A stretch of 64,000 nucleotides of DNA from Lama guanicoe (Eukaryota): NCBI GenBank assembly GCA_013239625.1, contig MU056756.1, forward strand, positions 806,001 through 870,000, in the 5' to 3' direction. Both the position numbers and the translations under genes were made by a program. The notes under the pieces are model-generated. The model had not been told where the DNA came from. It did not search any database and saw only the letters and a program-made list of their open reading frames with translations. Positions 62,365-64,000 of this stretch are shown piece after piece (within the stretch, counting starts at the first letter, position 1; each line of letters starts with the position of its first letter).

Positions 62365-62701
62365 GCCGCGGTCGGCTCGCCGCCGTCACATAGCGCCACG
62401 GACCAGGCGGCTGGCGTGAAGGCGCTTGTCGGCTCCTGGAGGCCGGAGTCCGGGCCGAGTGCCGCAGGGCGGCGTCCCCTGAGACGCCCCTCCGCGTGGT
62501 GCCGACGCCCGCCTGCTGCCCTTCCTCGCACGTGCCGCCCTGATGTCGCCTCCTTTTTTTATGAGAACACCCGTCCCACTGAATGGGGGGCCCCATGTAA
62601 CCTTAATCACCCCCTTAAAAGCCCCATCTCCAAGTCCAGGCATCCAGTCACATTGGGGGGTACCTATTCAACTTGGGGGGGAACCAATTCAACCCGTAAC
62701 A
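62365..62701 (-). mobile_element. MLT1-type MaLR solo LTR, strongly GC-shifted
   Basis: TCCTGGAGGCCGGAGTCC...TTTTATGAGAACACC...AACCTTAATCACCCCCTTAAAAGCCCCATCTCCAA...CAGTCACATTG...AATTCAACCCGTAACA terminus. Confidence 0.65.
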
Positions 62702-64000
62702 TCAGGAAAAGATGCCAGTAAGTATGTGAAAGAGCGAATGAGGGTGATGGAGCAAGGCATTCAGCATGGGGGTCCCTTCGAGCGAGAAGCAGGGCACGGG
62801 ACAGGCCACCATCGCCAAAATGTGGCTCATTGTCAAAGATCCGCTGCTAATTAGAACACTGCACTGGGAAGTTACAGAAAAACAATGACTGGAGCACCTC
62901 AGTAACACGGTGCACAGACACAGGGCAGGCTGCTGACCGAGCGAGTTTCCTGGAGGAGCTGGGGGCAGTTTGCGATGGGCGGCGGTCAGGGAGCCTGCCG
63001 GTGGATTTAGGGGTTAGAAGGGGAGAGAAAAGGCAAACAAAAATGCATAAAAAGTACAGCATGTGCAGCAGAATTCATCAGTATAAAATTGTGTTCATGC
63101 CCGTGTGGGCGTGCGAAGAAATTTGGAGATAAAAATATAGGGCTGCCTGACAATAGGAGGCTAAAAGGAAAAGAAGCGTGCAGAGTATTGTTACACATAC
63201 AAGATTGCACTAAAAATAAAAAAGGAGCAAAACCCACACACATGCCTGTACGTGGACAGACACTGTGTGTCTCAGGTTTAGTGGCATAAGGGTTAGGGTT
63301 CATCGTCCTAATCCATCCACCAGGAATTATTGAGCATAACGATTTTTTCACAGTCCAAACAAACAAGAAAAAAAGCAGCCGATTATGAAGTTGAAAACAA
63401 GACACTACATAAGGGCACCTCTGCGCAGTCACCCGCTGGCCCCGTGCTTGTGGACGCACGATCGGTGCCTTCTGCATTTTTTCGCCGTATGTTTACCCAT
63501 TCCCCTCCTGTTTATTCTTTCCTTTCATGAATATGCATCGATCTCTCCATCCCACTGTGCTTGCTACTCCTCTGAGATTCATGCTCATTTTCTGAGCACG
63601 GAGCAAGGACAGGAAAAATCCCACTGTGTGATTCACAGGTGGGCAGATCATAGCACACAAATCACATCCATGATTCACAGGATGTCATTTCAGCCAGATC
63701 TGAACAGCATCACATCTGTTATTTGCAGAAATAACCATGAATTACCTCTCAAGACAGCTTTTTAACATTCTCAACGGTACCACCTCTCTTCCTGTTTACA
63801 GGCGATCTTTGCAGTGAGACGCTGAAGGAGTACACAGGGCTGATGGAGACGATAACCATTTTTTCCCCGAATTCAATTAAACAGAAAGGGACTGAGTCCC
63901 TACTGTGCGCTCGATACAAGCTGTGAGCTGCAGGAAGTGTACTTAGTGTGCAGTGTTCTCCCGTGACAGCCGGGGGCTCTTTAGGATGGGACTGAAGATG

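Overview
Mammalian genomic DNA, GC-rich and CpG-rich, with two short N gaps. The window is dominated by one intact + strand multi-exon gene, MYOM2 (myomesin-2 / M-protein of the sarcomeric M-band). I traced 36 coding exons by hand from ATG 4431 to TGA 56926-56928. All introns are GT-AG and all phases are consistent, giving 4404 nt = 1467 aa: unique head My1, Ig My2-3, FnIII My4-8, Ig My9-13. An AATAAA follows at 57223. The non-coding exon 1 and promoter were not identified and probably lie upstream of the window. A tRNA-Ala-derived SINE of the camelid (vic-1-like) type suggests a camel, llama or alpaca genome. Introns and the 3' flank carry L1 3' fragments, MIRs, MLT1 LTRs, a Tigger-type relic and small tandem repeats. 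Apart from those overlapping MYOM2 exons in frame, the ORFs in the track are GC-rich artefacts. I see no new gene system. The best leads are regulatory or evolutionary: a possible intronic polyadenylation isoform after exon 15, symmetric phase-1 exons encoding each inter-domain linker, a MEF2/TATA-CArG-GATA cluster in intron 13, a NAGNAG acceptor at exon 13, and an apparent AT-to-GC drift in old repeats. Exon numbers follow human MYOM2 as recalled; no database search was run.
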